A stretch of 64,000 nt of DNA from Lingula anatina. Lineage: Eukaryota; Animalia; Brachiopoda. Location: positions 24,394,934-24,458,933 of the forward strand of contig CM120645.1 in assembly GCA_051362555.1 (NCBI GenBank). The letters run 5' to 3'. Positions within the stretch are counted from its first letter, which is position 1, and every line of letters starts with the position of its first letter. Below are positions 60,506 to 64,000 of this stretch, piece by piece. A program made the translations under genes and the position numbers. The notes under the pieces were generated by a model. That model saw only the letters and a list, made by a program, of their open reading frames with translations, did not search any database and was not told the DNA's origin.

Positions 60506-63500
60506 TTTGATTGCCGATGGCCCTTTGTTGATAAAATGTTGTTGGCTACAGTTCATAAAGCCTTTGCTGCTACGTATCTGGATAAGAAAATCAATGGATG
60601 CTCCCTAGATATATAGAGCCACTTCGGCTCTGCTAAGTATGTTTTGTATTTTTCTTACAAGAAGTCGTACTTTATCACTACTTAATATAATTCATACTTA
60701 TTTGTAATTGCATCCTATTGTACATTTTCATCTACCCATGTAGATGCATACGATATGTACAATGAATAAAGCTATAATTTAAAGCTATGACCTCCCTTGA
60801 CCTTGACGCAGAAAAATTTTGATCTTCAGCTTTCTGTTTGTTTGTAGTTGCTACAAGTACGGTACAGGAGATGGTTAGATCTGCGAATGTTTTGGCCAAC
60901 ATAATGTCCTCTTTTTCAAGCTAAAATGGTGATTGAACTCGGGATGTGTACAGGAACTTATATATGGATTGTTATACATACAATGTTAGAAACATTTGGA
61001 GCCGCACCTAATATAGGCCAATGTTAGCGTATTCAAACGATGTCCGTCCTTTAAAATTGCTGAAGTACCTGGACAATCCAATTCCATTTAGGTGAACAGG
61101 TCAGTATTTGGTTGAACAAACGTAGTGCAACCAATATTTTAAAACATAAGTTCTACTTGCTAAAAGGGTTTATTTTGTCAGCGTAGCTAAGAGACGATCG
61201 TTCGCGGTACGATGGCGTTTATTTACATTAGTCGCACTGGTATAGGTTGGGGAATTCCCTTTCAGTTCTTCACGTCAGCAATCTATATATAGACCTACGT
61301 GTATCAAAGCTGACACGCTCGTGGCACCTGTACAATATTTTGTAACGGGTAGGGGGCCTATTACTTTGACAAAAATGTATAATTTAGTTTCATCAAACTT
61401 TTAAAACAATTACTGAGTGTGTAATTATAACAGATTTACATCTTACCCATTTTTTACGAAGTGGCAACATGCATGTAAAGAAGGCACTCCTGTTTTCAGT
61501 AATTGATATGCACAATATCAAAAACGCAAGTAGGAGTGCTTACGCTTGAATGTCTCGAGCTAAAAGCGAGAGGGGGGGGGGTGCTGCTGCCGATGATGAT
61601 GATGATGATGATGATGATGAAGGAAGACACTGAAAGTAAATAAAGAATGTATTTAAATCCAACTTGCGTCTGTCCCAATATTCAACAGCTGTGCTGCATT
61701 GAAAATTTACACTAAAATGCCCTCATTGCCACAAGTGAGGAGGGGGTGTTTACAGTAATTCCTGCCCATGCTGAGCCAAACTCTGATGTGATATTATTAA
61801 CCGTGAAAGACTACATAAGCTTAGAATTTGTTTTTTTTTCTCCTGAACTTTGACAATACGTACACGCACAAGGACATAATTAAGAATCTTTTTTTAAAAT
61901 TAAATAGTTATTTCTATCACCAGCACTAACATCGTTCTCTCATCATATTGCAAACAGCGTTCGGAATTTATTTTGTCAAATATCCTGTATGTCTTCTCGG
62001 AATAAGGGGCAGGAAGTAAAACCCCAGGCCTACTTAAATTAATATTTAAATTCCGGATTTCACAAAACTAGTACAGCTATGACACTAGAGAAGACTAACC
62101 AGGTAAAAAAAGAACATTTCTTTTCTGCCAATAATTAACGTTTTAATACCTGTCGTCTGTAGGCCTATGCTTATAGTTACAGCAGCCTACGCGTTTTAAA
62201 ATACTAATTAGTTCATGAAACTAATATTAGTGAAATGCATGTATTCCGTACGTGTCTTATGTAGGCCTACGCTACGTGAGCTGAAGCTTCCTGGTCCAAG
62301 ACTAGCATATACATGATATGTATGTGAGCGCAAGGACGGAGCTCTGGTCTGACTGTGTTACAATGAGTAGCAGTAGAAAATGGTAGCAAAAAGAGTGTCT
62401 AAAATGGCAGTGGTAACCAGCAGTGTGTATCATAGATTACTAGTGCGTTTTTAATAAATATTGAAATATAGGCCTATTCATATTTCATTCATGGGATTTA
62501 CTAATCTCATGATCTATTTTTCGTTCTTTGTCTAAATGTTTTAAACGTAAAATCGGCCCGATAACCGAACTCGATAATAATCCCCACCCTACCCCAACAT
62601 CAATCACTTGTTGATTCATGTGTTTGTTCATGTTGATTCATGTGAGCACCTAAGTGCCCAGCCGTACTGAAGCCTACATGCCGTCAGCTTTAAATAGCCT
62701 TAAGTATGGATGCCACTTGACACGTCAATAGGTGATAGTGACGTCAGCGAATACTGTAAAAGGATGGTATTACGCAGTTGTAAAACATCATATTTGAAAT
62801 ACCTGTGTTGATTTCAACCATGTTTCAACTGGCCATAAACTTGAGGGTAACCATAGAATACCCAGCAGGACTGAATAGGAATAACCTTATAGAAATCCCA
62901 AGGATGTCTGTTGGCCTTTATGGGAATTCTATCAGATGATTCTTCCATCTGGGGCATGAATAATAGGACTTCATAAGATTTTCTCGGGCAAATTTGTTCC
63001 ATTGCGTCCTACAATACGTTACAATACGTAAGCGATTTACATTACATTCGTTTTTTTTTTCTACGTGTTATGGTACACTACTAAGTGTGGTATTCTTAAG
63101 TTATTTTCTGTGAAATCAAGGAGACACCAGCCGAGCGAGTACCGTAAAAACAGTGCCATCTATCGGATTGAGCATAGCTGCATCTAGGTCAGCGTAGACC
63201 AGTATAACACGCTTGAATGTCATGGCCTTGTGTATTTATTTACAAGGAACGTGGCAACGAGAAAAGAACTTATAGCAGACACTCAGTTTCAGGTACATGT
63301 ACATGAACTATGTATACCATTAACTATCGGTGGGGAAAACCAGCTTGTATGTTGTTGAGTACGAAGTAGGACTAGTTGAGAAGAAATGATTCCCTACACT
63401 GAGACTGGAGCATGCTCTCTCTTTTCTAGCGCCCCTTTTCTAGATAACTTTAGCATATGTTTTCACGCTCGACTGTTACCTTAATTGGTCAATAGACCAA

Positions 63501-64000
63501 GTACTTGGATCTAAAAATCACTTAAACGACTTTAGAACACTGTATCAGTCAACCACAACGCAGGAAAACCTATCAAATTTAATTGAGTAGTTTAACAAAT
63601 TTCAAAAAGTCGCCATAGACTACTGTATGTCGTAGTCTAACGCATCAATGTCTCCATGGGGGAACATATTATTTATACATGTTTTGTGATAACTTGCCAA
63701 ACCCAATAAAATGAAATATTCTTATGTTATATAACACTGATAATATTATAACATTTCTTTACACTTACAGAGAGGTTCACATAGTAAATTGTGATGTCCC
63801 AGCTATCGTCCAACCTACGAGGCTCTGCTAGCTACGTATGGTCAACGAATGATCCTCTCGGGCAGGGAGCCACGGGAGCTGTATACAGGTGTCGACACAA
63901 GGTGAGAATACTTGTAGTATAGATGAGGCACCAAGACCATCTGGACATAAGGCCCTGAAAATATGTTTAGGGCTGCAATGTTTATTTTAAAAAACCATCA

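Overview
Intron-rich animal (invertebrate-like) genomic DNA; the species cannot be determined from the sequence. I reconstructed five complete spliced genes by hand, plus the first two exons of a sixth. They are: a secreted-protein gene running off the left edge (-); a secreted astacin metalloprotease with EGF-like, Pro/Thr, PAN/apple and C-type-lectin-like domains (5758-15509 +); SLC25A26 (16809-21527 -); a Lys-rich unknown gene (22302-24350 +); NF-YB with a U12-type intron (35172-37829 -); and UBL4A (39423-41162 +). These include two head-to-head pairs. The 26.7-32.8 kb region is a scrambled, minus-strand nest: an intron-containing DUF6729-like putative transposase pseudogene in two partial copies, interrupted by Gypsy LTR/gag and integrase fragments. 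In 43-64 kb I found no recognisable gene, only MITEs, a TGT..ACA foldback element, Helentron-like elements and a minimal hammerhead-ribozyme-like motif. The most unusual patterns are repeated tandem duplication of exon 3' ends with their splice donors or stop codon, a shared TGTCACA(A/C)CTAACAC minisatellite core, and a CpG-content boundary inside the astacin gene. All coordinates were read by eye and no database searches were run.
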